Of a stretch of 64,000 bases of DNA, positions 1 to 15,515 are shown in pieces. The notes below the pieces were generated by a model. It did no database searches. It was not told the origin of the DNA and saw only the letters and a program-made list of their open reading frames with translations. The stretch comes from the human T2T-CHM13v2.0 reference genome, Homo sapiens: assembly GCF_009914755.1 (NCBI RefSeq), contig NC_060929.1; one strand, written 5' to 3'. Numbering within the stretch: the first letter of the stretch is position 1; each line of letters begins with the position of its first letter. Position numbers and translations under genes: made by a program.

Positions 1-42
1 GATACAGAAAAAATACCTATAGACAGACTGTAAGCTCTGCTG

Positions 43-63
43 CTCTCTCTCTCTCTCTCTCTC
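43..63. repeat. (CT)n microsatellite
   Basis: Direct read of the ctctct run. Confidence 0.9.
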
Positions 64-2164
64 TTACTTTCATGGTACATAAGGGAGGCAGTCAGAATGA
101 AGTCAGTTGTGTTCTTTGTCTAAAGCCTGGAACACTATTTTATCAGCCTCCAAAGAGCAATATGTGTAGATAACCAGGGAGGATTACTTGTGGGGAGAAT
201 GGGAGAAGAAACAAGTATTTACAGTCATCACTGAGGTGCCCATCTGGAGATGGTCCTAAAAGCAGAAAATGGCTTTGTGGCCACCACCTGACCTATCAGT
301 GAAACTGCACCCAGAAGCAGCTGGTAAGACTTCTCCAGCCTCTCTAAAGCTATACACACACTGGCTCACAGGTCAGCTTCATGACTGAGAGGCAGTTACT
401 GAAGGCCAAGGTTAGGCTACAGAGGGCCTTTACCTAGGAACAGCAGGATGTTGAGAAAAACTGGATCCCGGAACCAGTCCTGTTTATAAAAGCACATAAA
501 GTTATGGAAACTGGCTTGGTTTGGACAGAGATAAGCGAAATATTTTGGTTTTTGAGTAGGAAATTTATGAGCAATAAATGAGCCAGTTTTAAATACATGC
601 AAACATTTCCTGATGTCTCCTAAAGCTTTGGCTAGGAACTGCAGATAAAATTTCTGCAAAATCACAAATAATACAATGATTAAGATAGGAAAATCACATA
701 TATTAATTAAACACTGGTTTTGAATAATTCTGGGAAAAAGAAAGGTGAGAAAGAAAAAAAAGGAGGAAAACAAAGGAATAGAATAGAAATAAAAACCAGA
801 ATTTCTGGAGTATGCTAGGCTTAGTGAAGTTGTCAGGATTAAGTCTGCCACAAAAGAAATGAGCAGGCAAAGAGCCTGGCCCAGGAGATGAAGCACACCA
901 GGGTAAAAGCAGAAAAGAATTAAGCCAGTGTTGAGCAGATTTATATGTGTTTGTATGTGAGATTACGGATTTCTTTAGGGGTATTTCTGAGGGAAGAGAA
1001 GCTCAGTACTAATCAGGATTTCTTAAGAATTAGATTTTTATTAAAGAAGAAAAGCATCTCAGTATTTTAAACATTCTGATTCTCTAACACATGAAAAAGT
1101 TGAATCCCTAGGCATTGTTTGTTTGTAGCAAAAGGAAGGTTGGACATACTTCCAGTGATACAATCCAATTCATAGCTAGTTTCTATTTCTGTAACTCTAC
1201 TGACTCCTCTATTAAGCTTTTAAGCTCTTAAAAGGCAGGGGACAAGTTATCTATCATTTTGCGTCTACAAACAAGTGAACAAGGACTCAAGTAGGTGCCT
1301 GATAATTTGGCAACAGTGACTCGGCCTGCTAAGACTGCATAAATACCCATCATGCATGCTGAAATTCATGAGGATTATTTATATTTGAAACAGTAATTCA
1401 CTTCTGGTTGTGAAGTATCCTGGCTAAAATAAAGTTGAAGCCAAGAAGAAATGCTGCCTTTTTTGTACAAGGCAGGAGGAGATGAAAGATGGCAGAGGAA
1501 GTGGAGTAGTATGTGGTCATTGTGGAAAGCCACCTAGTCCTCACTTATTCCCCCTACTGTTCCTTCTCACAATACATCAAGGATGATACATGGATTCTTT
1601 AATGCAAGTTGAGGGAACAGACAAGCTGCTAGGAGAGTGAAGCCGTTAAGTTGAGGACAGAAGCCAGAGTACATGGGTTCAAAGAATTTCCCTAACAGGA
1701 ATTCAATAAAAAAACAGACTCCTTTCAACCCTGGAAGAGGCTTTGAAAGCAACCTAGGCCAAGTAAACTGGGGATAAGGGAGAGACAAAAAGTTAATACT
1801 GAATTAGAGAATCTTTAATTTAGTGCTGGTAGGGACTTTCAATATCTATTGTACACTAGACTATTTATTGAGAATTTACTAGCCCTGTTCTAGGTGACGT
1901 AAAATTATGTAATCTAATTCCTTTACTTTATAGAGGAGGAATCTTGATGTATATAGTGAGATAAAATGATTTCCCCAAGATAGTTAGCAATAGGACCTAA
2001 ATTAGACCCCTCACTTTCATTATTCCACCATTGCCTCTCAACTTATTTGTAGGACATCTTTAAAAAACATTTTTGTGGTTTCACAAAGGTCTCTAACAGC
2101 GAAAAATAAACATCTCTTCTAAATTTAGGAGCAGAATCAACAGAAAAATAAACTCAGTGTAAAA

Positions 2165-2260
2165 CAGTTCTGGAATTGCCCTGAACTAGCTGTTTAACTT
2201 TGGAAAGTCACTTGATCCTTCAGGGTTTCAGTTCCTGCAACTGTAAAATGAAGAGGTACG
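2165..2260 (-). mobile_element. MIR fragment
   Basis: MIR core-like: actagctgtttaactttggaaagtcacttgatccttcagggtttcagttcctgcaactgtaaaatga. Strand uncertain. Confidence 0.55.
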
Positions 2261-2264
2261 GTTA

Positions 2265-2455
2265 TCTGGATCACAAACTCAACTGTCTACAGGGGCCAGT
2301 CAGTTAATATAAATGCATGAATCATGTAAGACAATAGGTACAAAGCTGCTTGTATTACGATCAAGCAAAGTGATTTCATTATACTGTTTATAAAAACACA
2401 GCTTACGGGCCAAACAAAATACACTTGAACTCTGGACTAGACCAGACCCCCGGAA
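2265..2455. mobile_element. hAT DNA transposon fragment (MER45-like)
   Basis: aactcaactgtctacaggggccag...gggccaaacaaaatacac resembles recalled MER45 termini. Confidence 0.45.
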
Positions 2456-3479
2456 CTCCTTCCAGCACTTAAGTTTAATGACTGTAAAAGACAATAAGCC
2501 TATATCTACTCATTAAAACATCAGTCATATACAAGTTTCTATTAAACCAGAAAAATGGCAGTGATACAAACAAGTGAATAAAGACTCAAAGATAAACGAG
2601 CAACCATTCAGTCCACAGCTGATTTTACTTTATTCCACTAGCCTCCATTCCCCCACCATATGGTACCCACTTTGGGCAGGCAACAGAGATTATTATTATG
2701 GGAATGGTGGGCCCTGCAAATTGGCATCTAAAATTTCAAGGTGAAATGATAAAATCAGCTAAAGTTAAATTTAAGGTCCCTAAAGTACATTATAACTGAA
2801 GATCAAGTTTTATAGAAAATAAAATTTTCAGCAATTGATCACTCCATTAGTAAAGCATTTTATTTTCTACTCAAATATTTCAGTGCAATTCATCTTATAT
2901 CTAAGAAAGTCATCCAAAGTAATTTTCCTACATAATATAAATTATTGTTTTATATACTGTTACTTTATCAAACCTCTGTTATCTGGCAATTCCTACAGCA
3001 GAAATGGTTGAACTCTAAAAAAAGGGGAGTAGGATAGGGTGGGCATAGAGATATTAAGAAATTACTTGACAGTTTTTGGAACATAATGACTATTTGTAGT
3101 TTAAAAAGGAAAGATATTTAAAAATTGAGATTTATTATTTGTGAGTCCAATTGGTTTTTAGAAAGGTTTACTTTACCACTCACCAAACAAACAAAAACCC
3201 TTAGTTGTTTACATGTAAAGACAGAAAAATTAAGGTGACCTTTCTTTCTTCTGCTGCCAAATAGTAAAACTCAGTATGACTATAATACATTTAATAGGCA
3301 GCTCCTCTATTTAGCTCAAGCTAGTCTCTCATACCAAAAACCAAATTTTTAAAAACTGAATATTTGAAATTATACAAACAAAATATGCTAAGAAAATTCT
3401 TAACAATGACCAAATGCAAACTTCATGTCATAGGAAGGTTAAGTACCAGAGGCAATTCCTTTTAATAGGATGACAATCA

Positions 3480-3790
3480 TAAGAAGGAACAGTTACAATT
3501 CTGAATATGAAAGAGCTGTTTCTTTAGTAATAAACCAAATACAAAGTTCCGGGTTCATCTGTTCTGGCTGGCAAATCTTGCATAAAAAAGCCATACTTTA
3601 GCTAAACAAAAGCTTTTAGGCTGGCCCAGAAAGAGGGAATGAACAATTTGAAAAACATCTTTTACTGCCTGAGAAAATTTAAAAAGTGTCTGAAAGTGCC
3701 AGGAGACCTGCCTCAATGTGACTCAGGCAGCTTTCCAAAGTCCCTCAGCTTTCCTAAGTATGAGTCATAGGGGAAGGAGAGAGGGCTCCT
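3480..3790. promoter_or_regulatory. Candidate enhancer (AP-1 pair plus TEAD/SOX/E-box/HOX-like motifs)
   Basis: TGACTCA 3719-3725, TGAGTCA 3761-3767, GGAATG and AACAAT near 3636-3647, CATCTG, GTAATAAA and CATAAAA in unique sequence. Motif evidence only. Confidence 0.35.
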
Positions 3791-3837
3791 TGGCAAAGAT
3801 ACAGGTTTTCCTCTCTGGTTCCACCCCCACCATTTTC

Positions 3838-3841
<4 letters not shown>

Positions 3842-3867
<26 letters not shown>
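3842..3867. repeat. poly(A) tract, about 26 nt, not attached to a recognisable Alu or L1
   Basis: Direct read. Confidence 0.9.
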
Positions 3868-3869
<2 letters not shown>

Positions 3870-4574
3870 TTTGATGTATAATAGTTAAATAGATTCCAGA
3901 CAGGCTTAACTGAAGAAGTTTGAACACCAGGGAGGCAAAATATCATTGCAGAAGTTGCTATTGTTTGCTATTGTGATCCACAGACACAGGGAGCATCTTC
4001 TGCATCCTAAAAAGGGCTCGGCCCATTGATCATGTGTCAGATCATGGCTGCACTTTGTGGGAGAGAAGAGGATAACAAGCTATGAAAATACCTCTGCCTC
4101 CCTAGTTTCTTAAACACCACAAGCTCATATACTGAACAATTACACTGAGTTCGAAGGGGTGGGAGCTTGTCCTTTATGAGTGCACATTAAGCAGAATTTC
4201 AAGTGTGGTAGCAAGTAGACTGTCCACATATACATGGCTGCTACAATGAATGCAGCCTTTAGTGAACAGATACACTTTTTCCTTCAATAATCTTAGGCAA
4301 AAAAGTAAGAAAGCTGGGATTTTTTAAGCATGAATAAGGCAAAACTGAATGTTAAACTGCAGAGAGAATAGTTCTACTTCTATACCTATATGAAATTACT
4401 TATTACAACAGAATGGAGCATTTGATGAGGTCAAAGCTCCTCTCTTCTGCATTTGATCATTTATCAACCTACTATGAATCAGGATATTATGCTGGGCACT
4501 AAGAGACAAAGATGAATAAACATCTCCTTGCCTTCAATAAGGTTAGATTGGGATGATCAAAAACAAGTATTTTC

Positions 4575-5233
<659 letters not shown>

Positions 5234-5949
5234 TTAATTTATAAGCATCATAGGTAATTTCCCATGTATATAACACTGATTATTTCATAACACCCTGATA
5301 ATAAATTTTGAAAAACTGGCTCTCAATAGGAAAATAAATCCAACTTTTCTCTCTTCTTCCCAATAGTCTGTCTTTTTTGTTTCCTTGGGTATATTTAAGA
5401 AATAAAAATGTTAGAGATAATGTTGTACCCTGCTTCTCTCACTTTCTAGAACAAGAAAGTTGGTGTCCATCATTCTCATGTTATACTTTTACTACTTAGG
5501 GATATGTTCTGTGTTGAGTTTTTCAAGGTGCATGACTTTTTGACTCTGCATTCAAGGGCCTGTCTGATAGAGAACTGAACCAAACCACAGTAATGCTGCT
5601 TCTCCAGGGGCAGAAGAGTAGGGAAAGAAGTGACAAAATTACTGTTATCACAGACATGAGAGAGGACTCGATGCCACTTTCACTGTGAAAACTAATTGCA
5701 CTGCCACCAGGTAAATCTCTGACAAAGTGCTGCTCTGTGTTTGATTAGAACCCAGCCCCGACTCACTAACTGAGTCATTTAACCTAAGAATCAGTTTTAT
5801 CATTTTTAAAATAGAGATGATAATACCTTAATCACTGGGTTATTATGAAAATCACATAGGAGCTATTTAGGCATTTTGCCGGCTTATAATTCTTTTTGGA
5901 ACCAAACACAGTAAAAATATGCACATATACAAGCAATACTAAAATATAT

Positions 5950-6010
5950 ATTTTTAAAGACAAGGTCTCACTCTGTCACCCAGGCTGGAGTGCAGTGGCG
6001 AGATCATAGG
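5950..6010 (-). mobile_element. AluJ fragment
   Basis: gacaaggtctcactctgtcacccaggctggagtgcagtggcgagatcata. Confidence 0.8.
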
Positions 6011-9000
6011 CATAACTGTCTTTGGTAGTAGAGAGGTAGTTAAGATATCAGCATCAGAGAGAACTTCTCCTATGTTAGAACCTCAGGAAACTGATTCTAA
6101 AATGGATTCAGGATTCTAACCGGTAAAAGTTATATCCAGTTTATCTGGTAAAACTCTAGATTGATATGAAGATTAAAGAGATAAAACATGTAAAATTAAA
6201 ATGCCTGGCACATGGTGCTTTCAGACAACTTGGACAGAGCAGTCAGCAGCAGCCTCATTCTAAGGGCCACTGAGTTAAGTATGAACTCTTATGATTATTA
6301 CCATCCACACGGCAGGTGACTTGCAGAGCGCTGGGTACCTGTGTGCAGCAAAGACCTGACTGCCATTAGCCAGAGGGGATGGAATACAGTAGGAAGAACT
6401 GGGTCAGTAAGAGGGTAAAGAATCCTTTGCCCTCTCATTCCTCTCAAGACAGTCTCAAATGAGGAGCTGGAAGGTGAAGGAAAGGGGACAACAGAGAGGC
6501 TTTTTACAATCACAGAGGCCCAAAGCCAACCAGCAAAGTTTTGCCAGTCAGGCTGATGACTGGTGGCAGGGTTTCTGATCTTATTTATGACAGAAAAAGG
6601 TCTAGGAAGGAGAAGCAAGGGGATGACCTAAGGAGGAGTCAATTTACCTATCATGTTTTGCTCTTGGACTGCTTTCCACATGCTTGGCAAGGCACTGTTA
6701 TAATACAATGGGGATTATACTGGTTTCCACAAGATTAGCAAAGCACTCTTATAATACAATGGGGTTTATACCTTGAGCTTTGTGTCAGCTCAGTGCCCAC
6801 TAGCCTCTGGTTGAGGTAGACAGCTAAGGAGTGTGGATGCCTATGGAGGATAAACCGAACTACTGAAAAGAGAAGCTGCTAAGTGCTGCTCATGGCTTGG
6901 ATCTGTGGTTGGGGCAAGAGCTCAGAAGAAGAAAGTAGTTATTTGTGTAGAACATGCCACCCATCCAAGGCTGGGAAATAAAGGAAAACACCAACTAAAG
7001 CAAAGCATTTGCTGCTGAGCAAGCCACTGACCCAGCTTTGTTTCTAAGAACCCCCTTTTCCATCACGTGCCCACCACTGGCAACCTGAAAGGAGTTTAAG
7101 GCTGAAAGCACCTGTTCCTGCTCCCAACCTAAATGGAACCATCAGCTCTTTCAGACAACTTGGAAAGAGCAGCTGACAGCAGTCACATGAAAACAAAGGC
7201 CACTAAGCTAAGAGAATATCTATGAACAACAAATATACAATAGTTTTTCTCATGTTGAAAAAAAATTATGGGTACAAATAACCAATAATAACTCTGTTTT
7301 AGGATTCTGATTTAAGACAGGCTCAAAAAAGGAAAGACAAGGGTGAGCTGTTGCTATAGTGACCACAGCTTTTGATTATCTCAAGGGTTTTTCACATTCC
7401 CATGCAACCATAGGAAAGTCTAATTTATCAGCAATACTTGTACCATAAGTATATTTCTCTGAATGAATACTTATAAAAAATGTAGCATACTAAAGAACTT
7501 GCTTTTTTTTTCTGAGCATTTAGAACTTTTAAAGGAAAATCATACTGAAGGAAGGCTTCTTTTGCCCTGATCAGTTTGTGAAAAATCTTTAACTGTGACT
7601 GAAAATGAGGATGATGATGATAATTAACTAAAATGTGCTGAGTACTTACCATGTGCCAAGCATTATCCTAAGTACTTTATATACATTTTCCCCTTTTTAC
7701 AAAGTAGGAAAGTGAAATTGAAGGGGATTAAAATCCTAGCCTAAGAGCCCACAGTGAACCTAACACAGGTGGTTTTCCCTATAGCATTTGAAACACACTT
7801 TTGGTTGTTGTTGAGCACCAGAAGTAGGTGGCTTGCATTCAGATGGCCTGCTTTATAGAAAATGTGTCACTCTGAATAATGGAATTGCATTTGGCATAGC
7901 AGGAAATTCATATTATGAGAGGAATGTAGAAATGAAAACAACATGTTCTCATCTTTCACCTCATGTCTTTGCCAGGGTACCCTGGTGGTGCTATTTTGTT
8001 GGGGGACCGCCAAAATCCCCATAGGTCTTTTCTCCTTGGACAGTCAGAGTACCTAGAGAGGGCTCATCCAATTTCCTCACTGAGAGGTAAAATAAGCCTT
8101 GTATACCCAAGTCCAGAGTCCTTCTGGCTCACTCTCTCCAGAAAGAAAACAACCACTCCTCTGCTAGAGTTGGGTATTTCACTAACTTGTATGAAGACTT
8201 CCCGTCAATCCTCCTGTCTCAGCTCCACTCACACTTCTACTTTGGGAATCATGCTGCTTCTCATTTACGAGGCTTTCTGGGGTCCTATGGTTCGACTGCC
8301 TTGCTTCTGGACTACCTCTCCTGCCGGCTTAGGTTGTAGCTTTCTTTTTCTGCTAACTCCATTACTTTTGTTTTCTAACTTCCAAGCTTTGCTCGTTGTC
8401 TCCTCTCCCAGTCTCTTATTTTGTCAATTTTTGCCTCTTCTACCCTTTACTGTCATATCTATGGAGGTTTCTGTAGGAAATAGAGATAAGCACATATGAT
8501 CAATCTATCACGTTTAATCACAACACTTCCACAGGCAGTTTGATCTGTAAACTAGTCAATGGATTATATAATCATCTAAAAGTAATGATAAAGAAAATAA
8601 AACATTCAAATATATTTCAGCAGTAATAGCCCTCTGCTTAAAAGGAAAAATAAAATTTCTTGCATAAGACACTTAACTCATCTGGATTTCAAATTAAAGA
8701 AATTCTAAGACAAAAGGCGAGAAGAGATCTTTAACAACCCTTTCACTTCTAACATCCTTCCACCACAAAGGCCAAAAATAAATCACTGCACTATATTTTG
8801 AATTCTCTGTTTAATCTAAAATATTTTACTGAAAATATTTGTATAGGGACAGAAATTAAATAAAGGATAAGCCAAAATTATTTTAAACCACAAAATGCAT
8901 ATATTAAGGTCCCTGTATATGGATGGTGTGCTCAGTGTTAACAAGAAATATTGTTAAGATGTAGTCTTTAAACTGTAATACATCTTTTTTTCCTGGAAAA

Positions 9001-9124
9001 GTCACTACTCAGGATTACACTGAGTAGTGAAAGATACTTAAATCAAGCTTGGGAAATTCTCTTGTAAGAAGATAGAAAATTATGTAATGTTGCAGCAATT
9101 TCCTTCTTCCCTCTCTCCCTCTTT

Positions 9125-9252
9125 CTTTCTTTTTAGAGGTTAAGTCTCACTATGCTATCTAGGCTGGTCTTGAACTCCTGGGCTCAAGCAGTCCTCCTGC
9201 CTCAGCCTCCCAAGTAGCGAGGACTACAGGCAGGTGACCCTGCATCTGGCTT
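9125..9252 (-). mobile_element. FLAM/AluJ monomer
   Basis: ggctggtcttgaactcctgggctcaagcagtcctcctgcctcagcctccc. Confidence 0.85.
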
Positions 9253-10148
9253 AATTTTTCCTGAGATTGAAACTCCAATAATACTCATAAAATCTTCTTT
9301 GCTCTGATGATTTTTCAAAAAGCTAAGTTTTATCTATATTTGAAGGGCCAAGAAGCTAGAGGAATGGCTCCCACAAGATTATAAAACCAGCACGAAGGAA
9401 TACCTAACCTAAGTTGAAGCCTAGCAGAGAACCAAGGCACTTAATGAGGCAACTTCTCATAGCCGGTTCACACAAAACCTAGGAAACTAGGGAGCATACA
9501 TCATGCCATAGCCTAGCTTCCTGGTGTGTGGTGGTGTGCACACACACACATATATTAATATGTATAGAAGGGATGGAAGAAAAAAGAGACCAAGGGAGAA
9601 AAAAGACGGGAAAGAAAAACACAATAGCTACCCCCTTATTATCCTTGGGAATTCACACTAAACACTAAACTAAATACTATTTCCTCCTCCTGGAATTATA
9701 TATGTGGAGCCTTTGCTTTACATGGAGGGGAAAGTCATAGCCTAGAAAGAGAAAAATGGTAGAATTTAGTGAATTCAGTACCACATTACAACAAGAACAA
9801 GGATCTCTTCTTCATTCCCATAGCAATATAGCACATAATAGCACCTACTTCCTCTAGCAAATATGAGTGAACTTTTCCTTCCTTGCAAATGCCACATGGG
9901 ATGTAACATTACACAAGCCATGTCATTAGGTACATTTTATTTTGTACCAATTCAAAGGATTAAAAAAAACTAAAAAGTTGAGTTAAAAATTTGATTTGAG
10001 AGAATTCAGGTCATTCAAGAATCGGTTCTGTTGTGTGAAATGTTTAATGGTCTTTTGCTTTCTGGTTACCACTGTTCTTTTCTTCAGAGAAGTGTCTGCT
10101 GCCAAGAAATCTGAATGTCATATTTAAGTAAAATGCAGAATTTAGTAG

Positions 10149-10523
<375 letters not shown>

Positions 10524-10789
10524 TGTAATACATTTCTTGATATACATTCAATATAAACAAATACATCTGAGATAAGAATAGCAGAAGTGGATATAGGGCT
10601 AAAAGCCTATTAAGTCAGTACCACCCTTTTCCTGAGTAAACACTCATCAGGAAATACTACTTTACCATTGTTCAATGCCCATGCCTCACACAATTCTTTC
10701 CTCTTTAGTCCAAGCTGACAACATATAGATGACATATTCAATAATAAAATAAGCACTTCATCATTTTTTGAACTCTTACATTATTTTAG

Positions 10790-11003
10790 TAACTATGCGA
10801 ATTGCTTTTTAAAGATTATTTCATTTACTTATCGAAACAACCCTATATAAGGTAAGTATATTATCCACACTTTACAGATGAGGAAACTGAACATCAAAAG
10901 GTTAAGTAACTTTCTCAAGATCCCACAGTTAATACTGAACAAGGCCAAAATTCAAACCCAGACAGTCTGACTCCAGAGCTCTTGACTACTAAGCTGTCCT
11001 GCC
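10790..11003. mobile_element. MIR
   Basis: ttatccacactttacagatgaggaaactgaa...aaggttaagtaactttctcaagatcccacag...ttcaaacccagacagtctgactccagagc. Confidence 0.8.
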
Positions 11004-12975
11004 TGACGCTAAAATAGGTGATCTAGGGAGCAAAGTCTCTATCAACTTTGAACCAACAACTGGGGCTTCTTCACGACCCAAGCAAGGAATCAATAAACCA
11101 GGGAGTGCTATCTCAATTAAGATTAACCTCTGGAAGAAGGAGTGTTTGTCTAGAAAACTCTGTTATTTCAAATGTTAAAGATAAAATCATTTGGTTTCAA
11201 GCATACTGAATGAAAGCCATTGTCTTGTTTCTCTCCTGATCCTGGAATGAAGTAAGTAGATTTGGCAAGCCACCTCAGCCCTAGAACTTCCACTACTATT
11301 TTGATAATCAAATGTCACCATTTGCTATTATATCCCTTCAATGACTATAATATCTAAGGTTACCACAAATGTGTATATCCGATATATTCCACGTATTATG
11401 AAGTTCTGTTTTATTCACCTACAGGCTTATGCAGAAATTGCTATCAAATGGGATAGCATGCACTTTACATTTAAGAAGCACAACTAAGACATTTCAAAAT
11501 TTTAAATACTTATATGTATTAAAAAAAGAATGTGTAAAATAAAATTTAATGGAGTAGGTTGGAGAAAAACCTTTGCTGACTCAGTGGCAAGACATCCTAT
11601 GATTGAATATATAGAGCCGAAAAGGCACTCTCTTCAAATTATCCATTCAACCCTTTCACTTTCATTTATAAACAAGTTTTTTGGGCCAAGAACACTTTGA
11701 CAATTTCATTATGCAAATTATATTAACTGAGTCTTAATGTATTGCCCTCTTCCTTTTCACCCAGCTATCCAAAGTCACTTTAAAACTGCAGTGGGTGGAA
11801 CTGCAGAAATAGATGGGTGAGGCAGACAGGAAGCAGTTTAGAAAGAAGACTCACTGAGGTCAGGGAATTATTCTATGTGATCTGATTTTACATATTTGCT
11901 TAAGTGATCCTCAAAACAAAACAATAGGTCTGTTATTTTCTCATTTTCTCAGAGCCTCTATGCTGACTCATGTTATGCTATCAGATCTCCAGAGTAAGAG
12001 GAAAACATTAGCAGGCTCTTTATAGCCTTATATATTGATCCACTGATCATCAGAAGATATATCACTATTCTTGTAAGATGCCGTGGTACGATCCTGTACA
12101 GAACTAGACGTGCCATTCTTAGTAAGCACAGGATTTGAGGTAGTCCCTAAGATGATTTCTTGAAAAAATGTAAATGGGAGAGTAAGTATAGGAGATGTAC
12201 AATCATGTCACATATATAGCACTGACAGGAAGGAGAATCAAACCTAAGGTATCCCAGGTACCTGAACCCTCAACTTTGATTCTCCACCCTCCACCCAATT
12301 TTATTTATAATTGTAATGATTTTTAGTAGAATTTTCATATAACTGTACACATGCCAGTCCTATTACAAATAGCTATGTGCCTTTGGGAAAGTCTTACGTT
12401 CCTTCTCTGTTATCGTTTCCAGCGCTGTAAAATGAGGGGGTTAAATGAGAAGATCTTGAACAGCTTGAACAGACTAAAAATCAATAATATAATCCTGCCT
12501 TTGGAGGGACCACAAGTGCTCAGATTATTTTTTCCTCTCTATACTAAAATGATTACAGATTCCTTCCTCCCTAGCTGGTAAGTTTTCTGTTTCTTCTCTC
12601 TCAGAGGGCTGCTAGTGAAAAATTGACTGCTATGGCTGCTACGTTCATCCATAATCCTCCATCAGTTGAATCTGGTGGTTCCACTGCTCCCATGAAGATT
12701 CATGTGCATGGGTTTCATGAAAATTGTTTCGGAAGACCAAAATTTCATATTCTTGGCTGTGGTGGGAAGAAAGAATAAGAATAGGATTTTTATGACACTC
12801 CAAATGTACTAGTATTTTACTGTTGTTATTATTTATTTAGGGTGGATTGCAGACGTGGTGGTAAAAAGAGCAGGGATTTTAAAAATGGCTATCTCAGTTG
12901 AGATGGGATTATGTGAGCAGCAGGATGTACTGTTTATCTACCCAAGGACTTGATCTACAAGATTAAAGAATTGGA

Positions 12976-13360
<385 letters not shown>

Positions 13361-13616
13361 TTAAAACAAACAAATGCTCTGCCCAGGAAAGCTGCTGGGA
13401 AAACCCACACATATAGGAGAAGGGCCTACTGTTCCAACGTGCACTAACATCTAATGTGTGATATAAAGAAGTCTACCATGTTCTCTGATTTTTGTTTTTA
13501 GAGGCTTATCAAGCAAAGAGAGAAAACAAATTTTGGGTTTTCTATGATCCGGACTGAATATGAATCACCTTGTTTTCATGATTTCAATGACCAAAGACCT
13601 TAGAAGAAATATAGGC

Positions 13617-14013
13617 ACTATGGTTTGAATGTTTTTGTTCTCTCCAAAACTCAAGTTGAAACTTAACCCCCAGGACAACACTGCTGGGAAGTGGGGGCTA
13701 ATGGGAGGTATTTAGGTCATGAGGGTTGAGTCCTCATGAACGGACTAATGCCACTACAAAAAGGGCTTGTGGAAGTGGGTTTGCTTTCTCTTCCACTCTG
13801 CCATGTGAAGAAGAGTGCTCCTCCCCTCAATAGAACATGGCAATCAAGGTGCCATCTTGGAAACAGAGAACTGCCCTCACCAGATAGCAAACCTGTGTGT
13901 ATGCCTTGATTTTGGACTTCCCAGCCTCCAAAACTGTGAGAAATAAATCTCTGTTATTGATAAACTACTCAGTCTCAGGCATTCTGTTATAGCAGCACAA
14001 AATAGACTATGAC
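13617..14013 (+). mobile_element. MaLR solo LTR (MST-like)
   Basis: ctatggtttgaatgt...ttggacttcccagcctccaaaactgtgagaaataaat...ttatagcagcacaaaatagactatgaca. Confidence 0.85.
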
Positions 14014-14044
14014 AGTAGATAATAAAATAGCTTAGCTATAGTTG

Positions 14045-14330
14045 ACTACTAAATCTCAGTCTCCAGCGTAAACATCTCTCCCAGCTGCAAATCCATATGT
14101 ACTATGGCCTCCTGGACATCTCCATTTGGACCTCCCATAGGCTCTCTGAATACATCATAGCCAGAATTGAGCATATTATATCTACTTTCTCTCTCCCCCT
14201 CCCCCAACCATGGTTCTTTGTTCTGTGTATTTGATCTCCATTGATTCAAGATCACTTAAGATCACCCCCCATCCAGAAAACTCCATGGTCTGAATTCTAC
14301 TACCAGATCTCCTAAATATCTGTTAGCCTA
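14045..14330 (+). mobile_element. L2 fragment
   Basis: ctccagc...ctctcccagctgcaaatccatat...cctcctggacatctccatttgga. Confidence 0.55.
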
Positions 14331-14360
14331 TGTTCCACTCGGTTTAAAAATCCGATTCCC

Positions 14361-14660
<300 letters not shown>

Positions 14661-14699
14661 TCCAATTCCCTTAGTGGCTTCTTCACAAGCTTCCATTTG

Positions 14700-15515
14700 A
14701 AAATCTTTTTTAAATTGCAAGAAACTATCTTTTCTGAAACAAATATGGTAATTTTCATATAAATTAATGATTATAGAAACATACAGAGAAATAAAAATCA
14801 CTTGGATTCTCACCATCCAGAGCTGGTATTCTGGTGTTTATTTGACTAATTCCCTAATGATAAACATTTGTTCAATAAGATGCTTCTATTTATTTTTATT
14901 ATTATAGACAAAGCTACAGTTAATTTTCTTGACTTATATATAAATTTCTCCTTAGAATAAATTCCTTTAAAAATGTGCCAATTTAAGTTACTACCACTGT
15001 TTTTTGAGTATGTGTTTCCATGAAAATAGGTATTGTTTAATTTTAAATTTTTACGAATATGACAGGTAAAAAGTATTTCATTATGTTATTTATTTGCATA
15101 ATTTCTTTAGTAGTTAGGGTGGATGGACATCGTTCATAGTGCTTATTGGCTATATGCCTTTCTTCTTACTAGAACTGCCTTTCCTGCTTTTTCTATTGCA
15201 ATGTTTTTATTTCTATTATTGATGACTAAAAAATCATTGTTTAACCAGTTTAATAAACAACCAATGCTATAATTACTATTTCTCATTTTTCATATCATTT
15301 TTCTCAGATTAAGGCATTTTGCTATATTTGTCATTTTAAATTTTCATATGGATAAATATGCTTTACTAAAATGCTTTTTGACATTTATGCCATGCTTAAC
15401 AAGGCCTCTATGCTTCAAGAGTACACAAATATTTCCTTATTGAATTTTCACATAGATGACTTCACTTTTTAAATTTAAATCTTTTGTCCACCTGGAATTT
15501 ATTCTGATGAAGGGA
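14700..15515 (-). mobile_element. Old L1 (L1M) fragments
   Basis: T-rich degenerate antisense L1 phrases (tgcttattggctatatgcctttcttct...aactgcct; tccacctggaatttattct). Confidence 0.55.

Noticed and set aside
417-896. 159-aa minus-strand ORF
   Set aside because: Phe/Leu-rich artefact of T-rich sequence, non-ATG start, no similarity to MRPS27 or any family I recognise.
7963-8499. 178-aa plus-strand ORF
   Set aside because: Antisense to the host gene, Leu/Ser-rich because of pyrimidine bias, no recognisable domain or exon structure.
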